Shown piece after piece: positions 45,044-57,433 of a stretch of DNA of 64,000 nt. The stretch spans positions 124,001-188,000 of the forward strand of contig JBDOQK010000001.1 in NCBI GenBank assembly GCA_040437565.1, given 5' to 3'. Each line of letters opens with the position of its first letter. Positions within the stretch are counted from its first letter, which is position 1. The DNA is from Albugo candida. Its lineage: Eukaryota. Position numbers and translations under genes: made by a program. Below the pieces are notes generated by a model. That model was not told where the DNA came from and did no database searches. It worked only from the letters and a program-made list of their open reading frames with translations.

Positions 45044-48000
45044 GCGGCATCACTCTGTGTTTGTGAGTAAACGGCCCCGAAATGAAATGGAAAATTCTTC
45101 CGACTCGGAAGCGGAACACCCAAAGGAAAGAGTGCACACTACGAAACGACAGGAAGTATCAACAGAGCAGCTGAGCAGTATGGTGATTGAGAAGATAATG
45201 GGCTCCAGAAAGGTTCAGAACAAGGAGAAGAAAACAGAGGTTGTGGAGTATTATATCAAATGGAAAAACTACTCGTATCTCCATTGTTCGTGGGAAACCA
45301 CTGACACGCTATTGAGTTTGGATCCACAGACAAATAAACAGCGAATTAAACGCTTTTTGGAGAAGAAACAACTCGGAATGAAGCATCACGTGGAGGAAGA
45401 GGACGACGAATTCGAAGATGGTGACGCACCAACGGGCGAAGAAACAGAGTATTTCGATCCCGAGTACCTGGAAATCCATCGTATCATTGCTTTCAAAAAG
45501 AACGCAAGCTATAAAGACGACGAAGGGAAGCTCTACCTCGTGAAATGGCGTATATTACCGTATTCCGATGCGACTTGGGAACGAGCTGAGGATCTGAAAG
45601 ATGACGAAGCTATCAAACGATACGAAGCGTCGTTACTCCTTCCACCAAAAAACGAATGGGAACCACTTCCACGCCCAAGTCTTCGCGAATATCGTAAAAT
45701 AGAAGAATCACCATCGTTTGGAACAGATGGAAGCCTTACATTACGTGTCTATCAGTTGGAAGGACTGAATTGGCTATTATGGAACTGGTACAATGAGCGT
45801 CCTAGCATTCTCGCCGATGAAATGGGTCTTGGAAAAACCATTCAGACATTGGCATTCCTCGATCGTCTTCGCGTGGATCCAAAGATCAAATGTCGTGGCC
45901 CGTTCCTCATCGTTGCACCGTTGTCTCTCATCGTTCAATGGCAAAACGAATGCGAAACATGGACGTGTATGAACTGTATCGTGTACCACGGGAACACGGA
46001 AGCCCGTGAAATCATTCGAGAGTTTGAATTCTACTTTTCCAACGAGCAGGGAAAGCCCGACAGGAAGAAACCATTCCGCTTCAATATCATTGTCACAACG
46101 TACGAAGTCGCTATCAAAGACATTGCATTCCTATCAAAAATCCGATGGCGATGTCTGATTGTCGATGAAGCCCATCGGTTGAAAAATCAATCGTCGCGAT
46201 TAGTGGAGCAGCTTCGATCCCTTCGACGCGATCATTGCGTTCTTTTGACCGGCACACCGCTTCAAAACAAAACGGAAGAGCTGTGGGCGCTATTGAATTT
46301 CCTCGACACTCGCTCCTTCCCGAGCGTCGAGGAATTTCTCGCGAAATTTGGCGATCTCCATGAAGCTCGACAAGTGGCAGATCTCCACAAAATGCTCAAG
46401 CCGTACCTTCTTCGACGCGTAAAAGAAGACGTTGAGAAATCGCTTCCTCCCAAAGAAGAAACAATCATTGAAGTGGAATTAACACCAGTGCAAAAGCAAT
46501 GGTATCGGGCTATTTACGAGAAGAATACGAGCTTTCTGAGTCGTGGAGGGAATCCCAATAACATTCCGAATCTGATGAATGTGATGATGGAACTCCGTAA
46601 ATGCTGCAATCATCCGTATTTGAACAATGGCGTCGAAGAGATCCTCAATGAAGGCTTACAAACCGACAAAGAACGTCATGAAATGATGGTGAAATGCTGT
46701 GGGAAAATGGTTTTATTAGACAAATTATTACCGCGATTGAAAGAAGGAGGTCACAAAGTCTTGATATTCAGTCAAATGGTTCGTGTGCTCGATATCATTG
46801 AAGATTATCTCCGATTCCTTGGGCACGCATACGAGCGTTTGGATGGAAACATTCGCGGAAACGATCGTCAGGCTGCTGTGAATCGATTCGTAAAGGAAGA
46901 ATACAAACGTTTTGTGATGCTGTTATCGACCAAAGCCGGCGGTTTGGGACTTAATTTGACAGCAGCCGATACGGTAGTTATCTTTGACAGCGATTGGAAT
47001 CCTCAGAACGATCTCCAAGCACAAGCGCGAGCCCATCGAATTGGACAGACACATTCCGTGAAGATTTATCGATTGATTACGCGAAAGACATACGAAATGC
47101 ATATGTTCCATAAAGCATCATTGAAATTGGGTTTGGATAAAGCTGTTCTGACACATATGCGACGAGAAAAAGAAGATCAAAAGGAAGGAATCAGTCGGAT
47201 GAATAAGAGCAAGAAATCAAAAGCACAAGAGACCAAAGAGATTGATGAATTACTGAAACGTGGAGCGTATGACGTCTTTCGCGATGAGAATGATACCGCT
47301 GCTGAACAATTTTGTGCCGCCGATATCGATCAAATTCTCCAGCGATCGTCTCAGATCGTTCAATACGAACAGGAAGCGCGTTCGACATTTTCGAAAGCGA
47401 GTTTCGTATCGGCGACAACCTCTGACGATGTCGATATTGACGACCCGGATTTCTGGAAGAAAGCGGTTGGTTTAGCAGAGCCAGAGCCTGATATCTCTGG
47501 CGATTTGCCTCTGCAACGTAAACGCACACGTGTCGCTCGCTTTGGTGCAATTTCCGCATCGATTGCGTACGATTCCGAATTGGATGATGAAGAAATTGAA
47601 AAGAAGGAGAAAGAGCGTAAAGAGCGCGAAAAAGAAATGGAGAAAGAACGTGTGGAAGAAAAACGTGAGCCACGAGATTGGACATTGAATGGACGTGATC
47701 GATTGCAACGTGCATTGATGCATTACGGCTTTGGACGTTGGGAAATGATTCGAAGTCAAAGTGGAGGAAGTCGTTCCGTGGAAGAAGTCGAGCGATTCGC
47801 GCGGGAATTCCTTTACGTCAGCGGTTTGAGTTGCAGTGATTCCGTCTCCTCGTCGAAAGACGAGACGCTGTTCGTGAAATCAATCGTACGTGCGTGTGTG
47901 TACGCTCAAGAGAACGGTCTGATCCAAGACGAACAAGTCCCGTCAGTGCTCCGCGATGAAGACTTTACCACGCGATTGAAGCAAGGCGGAGGACGTCGTG

Positions 48001-48873
48001 TTCTGATTCGTTTGGATATGCTCATGAGACTCCATCGGATCATTGCCGACGCATGCGATTCAATGGATACATTATGGCATCAAAAGCGTGAAAATGACAC
48101 AAACACCGACGAAATGTGTCCTCCGCCTCCAGAGACCGATTTAGACTTTCGTGTGAATTTCCATGGCGCGGTGAATGTCGTGAAACACATCCACGTGCTT
48201 CATGTTGGCGATCGACCTGCGTGGACACAAATTACGAGTTGGTGGAATAATGTCGGCGATCGGAGTTTACTGATGGGCGTGTTTCTTCACGGATACGGTC
48301 GATGTACGCAGATAATCAATGATTCTCGTCTTTGTTTCTATCAAATGGAAAGAGGTCTCAAAGAAGAGAAATGTGGCATTCCCATGGAAATGGATCGGAA
48401 GAGTGATACTGTGGAAGGCGATCATGACGATACGATGAGTATGACGACAATTGATGACGAGGAATCGATGGAGCTGAAAAGTGAAGTCGATGGTGAATTC
48501 AAACAACCGGAAGTACAGCAAATGAATCGACTATTACTTTGGCTGTTGTCTGCGGAAGATATCAAACGCCAAAAGGAAGAAGAAGCACATCGAAAAGAAC
48601 GCGTATCCATCGATCAACAACGTGTGACGATTTTGGAGAAGAAACAACGCGCTGCGTCGTTGTATCGAATTGAATTGAAAGCGATGCAATTAACGCAAAT
48701 GGATATCTTGCGACAATACGTTTTGATCCGACACAATTGTCAGTTGTCTTCGGATTCGATTGTGCGGAAAGCCAAAATGAAAGATTGGACCAAAAACGAG
48801 CGCAAGTCGTTTGCGTATTTATTGGCAATGCATGGCGCGCCACGAATTCTGACGAAAACGTCACAGCATTCGA
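45022..48873 (+). CDS. CHD chromodomain-helicase chromatin remodeller (CHD6-9-like), truncated by gaps at both ends
   Basis: Two chromodomains (YYIKWKNYSYLHCSWE; YLVKWRILPYSDATWE); SNF2 motifs ILADEMGLGKT, DEAH and DSDWNPQNDLQAQARAHRIGQ; SANT/SLIDE-like C-terminal part. Confidence 0.95.
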
Positions 48874-49037
48874 NNNNNNNNNNNNNNNNNNNNNNNNNNN
48901 NNNNNNNNNNNNNNNNNNNNNNNNNNNNNNNNNNNNNNNNNNNNNNNNNNNNNNNNNNNNNNNNNNNNNNNNNAGGAGGATATCCTAGGGTAGGATACCC
49001 GGACTGCCGTATATAGTGTTTGAACGTAAACTTGAAA

Positions 49038-50083
49038 ATGACCAGCGAGCTTTTGGAAGCGTATTATCGCGCAGAGCTTTTGTTATCTGCTGTTTCAGAA
49101 CTTCCTGCTCGAGCGAGGACAAAGTTGGACGACACGTTTGATACCAAGGCTCTAGCCCTTACAACGCTCCAGGCTAACGCTAATGTGCAAATGTACCGCA
49201 AACAATGTGAAGCATTAGGCACAGAACATAGTCGTGTACCAACGCCTTTGATATGTCCTACAATCGAATCTGCCGATCCCAATTCTACTCCTCACAGTCA
49301 TTCTCCTACTCAGGTACCCCGATTCGTACTTTATCGCATCATCTCGCTAATTCGAATAGCTTTTGGTCGTACCGTTTATCGAGCGATATTTACACGAGAA
49401 ATGCGTGACGATTTGTGGGTTCCTCCACGCGGATAGAGACATTTCGCAGCTTGAGAACCTTCCAATTTACATTATGGTACATCCTCTCACTGTTGTTCGC
49501 TCTCTCACGCGATATGTAGCATCAGAAAAGCAAATTATCCGCTGAAGAAACGCATTGTCAAAATTTGCGAAAGGAAATGATCAAAACTCTCACAGTCGAA
49601 TTGGATGCGTACAAAGCGATGATCTGTAAGCTCGTACACATGCTTTCCACATTCAAACAGCTCGAAATGCCGCAATATTTGGCGCGGAAAACTCGTTGGC
49701 TTCACACACTCTCCACACTATTTCAGACTCAAGTGCAACTGTATCGATATCAGCTTTTAGAGCAAACATACACCTGCACCAAAGTCGATACGCTCTGTAA
49801 ACTCTCGTACGTGCCACTAAATTGGCAGAATCCCGTCTCACCGCTTCCCGTAGCGCTATTTTGTCCGATCGAAAAGCTCGCGCGCATTTAAAGCGTCAAA
49901 CGGTATCTTCCCATCGACCTCAAAATCCTATAACTGCTTCTTCCTCTGTAGCTGGAGACACAGCTTCAAATGTACAGAAACAATGGCAACGAATTCCAAA
50001 GAATTGCCAAATCGTACAAATCAATTCAAAAACGAATTGATGAGAAAAAGAATTGGATGCAAACGGTTAATCAAATTCAATGA
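49038..50083 (+). CDS. HAUS4: Augmin/HAUS complex subunit 4
   Basis: Spliced C-terminus QLLEQTYTCTKVDTL...LQMYRNNGNEFQRIAKSYKSIQKRIDEKKNW matches the HAUS4 pattern; four introns. Confidence 0.72.
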
Positions 50084-50116
50084 CAAAGCGCTCAAACGCA
50101 CAATTCACAACTCAAT

Positions 50117-52307
50117 TCATAAATCATCGTCGTCTTTGAGATAATCGCGACTTGGAAGGTACCCACGCGGACTCTGAGCGGCTGCGAGTTCTGCTGGATG
50201 GCGTCGTGGACTCGTTCCTTCGTCTAGAAGACCTTGCTCTTCCAGCGGCATGTATTCGGCCAAAATACTTCGAACTTGATCGCGCATGTGCTGCTGTGTA
50301 CGACGCCAATACACATAGCCGGCAGCTGCGATTGTCGCACATACGAAAAGTGCAATGAATGCGATGGATCCCAATGATAAACTTCCATTCCCAACAGCGA
50401 TTGCTGCGTTTGATATACCGCCAGCTGTGATACATTCCAATAACGAGGCTGTGGACTGCTGAGCACAAGTACAAATCGCTGGAGGATCGTGTAGACCGAA
50501 CCCAGCACACACCATACTCAAGACGCTAGCTGAATCGATTTTCCCACGAGCGTGAACCCCATCCACATACAACGCAGGCAATCGCAAAAGCTCCAATTCA
50601 GCTTGTTTCTCAAGCTCTTTTTCCAAAATGGGATTCACAGCATCGACATCCAATCCATATGGCTGCATGCATTTATCGACTTGTACGGGGTCGAATCCGT
50701 ATTTCTTCATGATCTTTTCCGTGCACACTTTTTGTTTGAAAATCAATTCATCTTGGCCACACATCCGATCCGAATCTTTGACGTATTTCCACCAATTCAA
50801 CGCAACTCCCGGCTCTTTTTCGGATGCGAATTGCCACAAACATAGTCGNNNNNNNNNNNNNNNNNNNNNNNNNNNNNNNNNNNNNNNNNNNNNNNNNNNN
50901 NNNNNNNNNNNNNNNNNNNNNNNNNNNNNNNNNNNNNNNNNNNNNNNNTGTGGACTGCTGAGCACAAGTACAAATCGCTGGAGGATCGTGTAGACCGAAC
51001 CCAGCACACACCATACTCAAGACGCTAGCTGAATCGATTTTCCCACGAGCGTGAACCCCATCCACATACAACGCAGGCAATCGCAAAAGCTCCAATTCAG
51101 CTTGTTTCTCAAGCTCTTTTTCCAAAATGGGATTCACAGCATCGACATCCAATCCATATGGCTGCATGCATTTATCGACTTGTACGGGGTCGAATCCGTA
51201 TTTCTTCATGATCTTTTCCGTGCACACTTTTTGTTTGAAAATCAATTCATCTTGGCCACACATCCGATCCGAATCTTTGACGTATTTCCACCAATTCAAC
51301 GCAACTCCCGGCTCTTTTTCGGATGCGAATTGCCACAAACATAGTCGACGAAGATTCTCGACGACCACATCAGCACCAGACGCTCCAATGTCTTGATCGT
51401 GAGAAGGAGAAGGATCCAACAGACAGTAACGACCTCGATTCAGACACATATTCCCACACACATTTCCATGAGAATTGACGTGACATCCGACTTTACTTCC
51501 ATTGTACGATACAAAGTGAGGTGTGTGGAAGGCACGGACCCCAAATGCAGCGACCATTGGTTCCAACTTGTCAAGAATCACCATGGAATGTTCATCCCAA
51601 GAACTCTGCCACAAATCCCATTCCACACGGCCGTCAGGCGACGGAATTCCCCAATCAAACTTGATCATGACGTTACTGACACCCTCAGCATGGGTAATAG
51701 CGCGTTTGATAGCGTCACCATCGCTCTTACGGATCAGCATGGAAGGAATTGTAATGTCGCCGCCAGAATCGTCATCAGCCTAGAAGAAGGGTCAGACATA
51801 TCCTAGATTAGTGTGTGCCGTACCATAAATGGGAGATACTTTTCGCAAACGGTATCACCGGTTTCTTCCATGCATTCGACATCGGAACAAAGACACTTGT
51901 TATCTGCAATGATAACAGCACTTGCTCCACGATGCTGCGCATTCCGAACTTTAATGACGAAATGGCAATCGCCTCGGTCAATGAGGAGGGCAAATGGACG
52001 CTCCCAGTCACCGGTCGTATTGAGTTCATGGCACGCTGTCGAGTTGGAAAGTATTAATTGCGTCTGCAACGAACCAAGAGCGTACGACGGGTAGCCAAAC
52101 AATGCGTCTTTATGTGCATATCCATTTTTCTTTGTTAGGGATTGTGGAAACACAACTTGTAATTTCGAATGATCTTGCTGCAAAAACGAGTTCTTATGAG
52201 GTGCGCTAAAGGGTACGAGCGAAACCGACCTCGCGGGAAGGCCAGGAGTCGATGTTATGAGCTGCGACTGCTGTCGCAATCGCAAAGAAGTTGCGCAGCT
52301 GCTTCAT
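50117..52307 (-). CDS. VSR: Vacuolar sorting receptor (BP80/VSR-like; PA domain, TM helix, YMPL tail), interrupted by an artefactual duplication
   Basis: Signal-like start MKQLRNFFAIATAVAA; PA domain LIDRGDCHFVIKVRNAQHRGASAVIIADN; CLNRGRYC; ENLRRLC; TM helix; MRDQVRSILAEYMPL. Confidence 0.9.
50450..51347. repeat. Direct duplication 50450-50848 = 50949-51347 across an N-gap (probable assembly artefact)
   Basis: Offset 499, bounded by gap 50849-50948; splits the VSR gene. Confidence 0.9.
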
Positions 52308-52416
52308 TATCTCGAATTTTGAAGGAGAATAAAAGAATAAAAGGATTGAGCAGTTACCTGCGACGAGTGCAGGTAATTAATGAAAGAGCGTGAGCTTAAA
52401 TTGTAATTATTGATTG

Positions 52417-54758
52417 TTAAGGCAATGCAAGCTGATACAGTTTTGTCTGATGCTGAATCTGAGAATGTAGATTGACGAGCGTTTGCGCAGCGCGTTCCGA
52501 CATGGTTTTATGCATGAGCGTTTTTTCAATGGTAATCATTCGAATTCTTGTGTTCTGTGACATGAGTGTACCCAATGCGCTTTGAAAAAATCGGCTTTCC
52601 ACTAACGTCTGATATCAGAATCAGAGTCAGATAGATCAGATTCTGCATTTGAACTTGACACACACAATCAAACCTGAATTTGGAGCCATTCGGACGTGTC
52701 AGCGGAATCGCCGATTTCTCTCTCAAGGAATAGTACCAATTGTTCTGTGAGCTGATAAAAGACTGTTTGCGTGCACAAATCACATTGTGTGCTATTTTCC
52801 ATACATTTCTCTATTGTGTGTTTCACCGAAATAATTAACAGCAAAATGTGAAAGACATAATGTCGACATTCCACCGGCACAACAGGCTCCGAAACGCTCT
52901 TATTCGTCCGAGATCCGGTACAATACGCAATCTCTTGTTCCATCGTTGCATTCTGTAAAATCGTTTTGAATTCGCTCACATAATAACGCACGAAAACAGC
53001 CACATTTTCCTGTTCTAACGCCATCAAAGCATCTTCCAGTTCATTAGTGTGGTTGACAGTTACACACAATTTTAACTTGTTACATTCCAGACTCCACACT
53101 GCTGGCCATTTCTCGCGAATTTGGGCGCAATACGCAATGAAAAGAAGCAGAATACTTGGATCCGTAGCAGCAGTATCCTTCCGCCCATCCGTTCCATTGA
53201 TACAAACCCTCAAACGCTCTAAAAAACACCTCAAAAAATCGATAGTGAGGGATGTGAGTCCCACTTGGAGTGCGTTTATGAGTATATGCTCCAAAGCGCT
53301 TCCACCGCCATTCTCTCGTTCAAATCCCATCAAACGATCCGTATCGTTGCTCGCCTTTACACGTAAAAGCACATTCACAGCCAATGCGACGGATTCCCAC
53401 GCACAATTCCACGTTTCAATGACATCGCCGCAACTGAGGCGCAGCCTCATAAGGTCGTCCTCATCCCTCACACTTGCGCGTACACTCCTCAAAAACCGAT
53501 TTCCTTGTATGAAAAACAATTGACTTTTTGTGAGTGTTTGAGGTATGCCGTCCCTCGCGTGACACTCTGAGGGAAGTGTTTTGAGTGATACTGAAAAGTA
53601 TTTGAGGAAGAGCTCTTCTCGTTGTCGCTCAATGGATTCCGACACGAATGCGACTACAAACGGATGCCGAAATTCGCTGTAAAAGGTCTGTATAGCCGTC
53701 TGTATCCTCTCATTCATCGACGTGGCTTCTGGAAGCTTTGTAAGCGCCTCTAAATGACAAAAACACTCGCCAACAGCTTCGACGATAAAGTCGCTGGTGG
53801 GAAATGCATTCTGTCGGATACTCGTCAATGCTCGATCCACCAGCGTCCATACCCTCTCCTGAACACTCTCCGCCTCCAATGAAGTGATAGAGTCTCCAAC
53901 GCCTTTGAAAACGGTCTCCTTCTCAAAGAGTTGATGGATCAGACCCCAAAGACACGTACGCAATTGCGCGACAATCATGCAGGAAGCCTCGACCGCCACA
54001 CGTCGACATGTAAAAGGCGTACGCGTGAACGTGTTTTCCAAATAGTCCAATTGCTTGGTAAGACATATCAATTTCGGCTTTGATGTGAGTTGCAGAGTTT
54101 CAATCACGCGTAAGACTTTCTCCTGCTGATCGACCGATAGGATCCGCGTCTCAAACTGAAGCAATATCGCATCATTCGCTTGTTTGGCAATCGCATGGAC
54201 AGCTTTAAACACGTTTTGGAACACACTTTGTTTCGATTTCAGTGCATGGAATTGAAGGCGTTTATACGCTTCCACAAATGGATCGTATTTTGCTTGCTGG
54301 AGACTTTGTTTCAACTGAGATGTCAGCTCCAAAATCGGACGAAATCGACTGAGCACGTGGAGTGCATTCTTCAGTTTTCGTTGTTCTTTTGCCCGTTGTA
54401 CCATCAGCGCCAACGACGAGTCTGTGATGTCGGTGAGCGTTTCTGCAGCTTTTACAAAGTGTCCAAAATCATCGGAATGGGAATGGATGGCGTCGAGTAA
54501 GGAACGCACAGCTTCATGACACGCTAAATACTGATCGAAATGGGTGGTGACCAGTGTTTTGAGCTGATTCGTGTTCTCCGACGTTTGACCGCGTAAGCGG
54601 ATAAGCTCTTCCTTCAGCGTTCGCAACGTCGTACACTACAGAATCCCAATGAATTGAAGGAAGCAGAATAAAGGAATTCCTACCGCGTGATGGACAGCCA
54701 AGTACTTTTGTGGATCGAACGATACGGAAGACAGATCGAATTTGTCATTTGGCTCCAT
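52417..54758 (-). CDS. SEC5: Exocyst complex component Sec5/EXOC2
   Basis: Exon 1 MEPNDKFDLSSVSFDPQKYLAVHHA; exon 2 LKEELIRLRGQTSENTNQLKTLVTTHFDQYLAC...; last exon TLVESRFFQSALG...TKLYQLALP*. Confidence 0.78.
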
Positions 54759-54796
54759 GCGTTCCCAACAAACGTCTTTATAAATATCCAATGCGT

Positions 54797-57433
54797 CTAT
54801 TTCCACGAGCGCGTCGCAGACTCCTCGGCTTTCGCTTTGGGTTTACGCGCGCGTGAGACGTTTCTATTGTGCGATGGAAATCGTTTGGGAAGCGTTTGTG
54901 TGTCCATTTCGAGTCTTTTGATTGTGTGCTCCAAACTCTGTCGCAATTTCCATTCGGTATTCCATTTCGCGGAGAGTTCGCATGCACGTCGTTCCAAAGT
55001 TTGTCGTACGTTCTCACTTTTCTTTTGGCATTGTCTCAACACAGTGACATCCTTTTCGAGCTTCTCATTGACTTTTTTGATCGCATTTAATTGCACTTTC
55101 AAACTCATTTGCTTGGGTTTCGTCTTTGGTATTCGTTGCGACGTATCGCGTGCACTTTCGACCTCTTTCGACAACGACTCTGCGAGCTTCCATTTTCGAT
55201 TCACAAGCGCTACTTCCTGCCGTAGGGTCTGTATTTGTATCCAGGCTTGCTTCATAGACGCGTCTTTGTTCTTGGCGATGGCATCTCTTCCAATTTCAAT
55301 GTTTCGAGCTCTTGTGGCCAGCTGCAGGGAACGATACGTCTCGTTGGCTGTGTCGATACCCGGCGCGATATTCACAATCATAAGCGTCTTACAGCTCGCA
55401 TGGAGAACGTCTTGGAGAAGGAATGTGAGCTTCGAGTTTCTGTACGGAACAAATGCGGCTTTCTTGTCGAGCGCTTCCATCACATCAGCCAAAGCCGATA
55501 ACGAGCGATTGATATGAGCTGCTTCTTTCAGCATCACACCTTGGACTCGACTCGTTTTGACACGTTCTGAGCCCGCGAGATCCACGAGGTACAGCTTGCC
55601 GCACGGTCGATCGTCCGAGTTTGTTGAAACGAGTTGGAGAATTACAATCAAATGCGAACGACTGCTTTCCGAATGGACTTTTGTTTCCCCACAAATGCGA
55701 TTCTGATGATATGTGCTCAATGCGAGAAGCGCCTGAGACACAGAGAAGACGGTTTGCATGCGGAGACCCGTGACAACGACTTGTTTGTCTTCATTCTGAC
55801 AGAGTTTGAGGCTTTGGGAACAAGTCTCTGTGCTCAGATCGCGTAATGTATCGTTGTAAATCTCCAACGCGCCCAATTGAACGCGATATGCATCGGATTG
55901 GACGCACGACGCCGTCAGTATAAACTCGAGAATACGATGATTCACGCCGGGATTCTGATCGGTTCCTTGCATGGTGTACGTCTTCCCAGAGCCCGTTTGG
56001 CCGTATGCAAAGATACACGCTTTGTATCCGTCAATGACCGATTGTGCGATTGGTTCGACTTGAGAAAAGACATCGTTTTGCGTTTCTGTCGGTCCAAACA
56101 CTCGATCGAATGTGAAGATTTTCCACGACGCGTCACAAGCGATTTCTTCGGATACATTGCCAGCGAGTACGTTTCTAGCAGCGACATCCGATGTGCTCAC
56201 AATTCGGACAGAGAGATGTTGAGACTTGGTGAGGTCCGGGCGTACACGACAGACAACTTGGATGTTCCCAGTGACAGTTTGTAGCCGCGATAACAGAACT
56301 GCATTTCGTTTACGTTCCTGATGATATTTTGATGTGATGTGATCCGTAGACGCGTCAGAAGCTTTGCAGGTGTCCGGATCACATGTGTGTGACTTCGAGG
56401 TCGAAATTGTGGAGCACGAGGACTCGGGAACTTCGATGGAATCGCTACGTGATCTCGGTTTGTTGGATGATTGGATGTCGATTTTCCACGAGGCGATATG
56501 CTTTTTAAGAATGAGAATCTCTTCGATTTGCATCAATATCTGCTCTCCAAGTGTTTGTATCTATAAAAAAGCCAGAAATGGACGATATGAGCGATCTGTA
56601 CAATGCGTTCATTCTCAAAGCGTATCAAAGCCCTTACATACTCGAAACTCCCGCTCAGATGCGTCTTTTGTCTTTTCGGTAAGCTCATCTGTGAGCTCAA
56701 TGAATTCACTTTCCATCGCTTCCGTGCGCGTTCCCTGCGTGTTATGTTGTCTCACTTCCTCTTCCAAACAGTGACGGAGCTGTCGTTCTTCTTGGAATTC
56801 AGCTGTAAGTATTTTCAGATCGTTTTGTAGCGATTCGATAACACTTTGATACTCTTTGGGCGCTGTGTCTGTGCTTACTTTCTCGTAATTTTGTTGTTGT
56901 AAATCTAATTCGAGTTTCAAATCGTTTATGTGTGTGCGAAATCGCTCCTCTTTGAGCTGTTGTTGTCGCTTGAGCTCTTCATTTTCACTTGTTAAAAAAA
57001 TCCTTTCTTCCATTTCGCGCTCGAATTGATGCTTTAAATCGGCTTCTGTCGCTTTTAAAATACGAATTTCCGTGAGAGATTCATCCAATTGCTGTTCCAA
57101 TTGTATTTTGCCACGCTCCAGTTCCTTCACATTGGACAGTAATAATGCATTCTGCTCCTCGGAAAAACGGAATTCGTGGCTTAATTGAGTGAGACGATCA
57201 CGCAGAAGCTGTATTTCGTGTTCATATGTCTGTACGCGTTTGCTCAAATGCGTGTTTCGGGCTTCGGTGCGAGTAAGTTCCTGCTCGAGTTCTTGTTCGA
57301 GCTCATGACTTGATTCTGTGTACTCTTCAAACGCGGTTTGTACTTGTTTTAACTCTTCGCTTTTTCGCTCTAACGCTAGACGAAGGCTTGAAATACTGAT
57401 TTGATGTTGATCCGATTCAATTGCGTGGTCCAT
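54797..57433 (-). CDS. NudE/NDEL1-like coiled coil fused to a kinesin-14 motor
   Basis: Exon 1 (57433-56642): FEEYTESSHELEQELEQEL...LEQQLDE...ERIFLTSENEE...NDLKLEL. An 81-nt GT-AG intron (56641-56561) joins it in frame to GNIQVVCRVRP, FTFDRVF, GQTGSGKT, SSRSH and LVDLAGSE. Confidence 0.85.

Noticed and set aside
54687-55517. 276-aa plus-strand ORF
   Set aside because: Antisense shadow of the kinesin-14 coding sequence with a non-ATG start and no recognisable motifs. The same applies to the many other short antisense or alternate-frame ORFs in the track.
16020-57433. Mitotic gene cluster (kinesin, SPC25, HAUS4, NudE-kinesin-14)
   Set aside because: The genes are spread over 40 kb among unrelated genes and separated by gaps; I see no shared regulatory signal and chance co-location is plausible.
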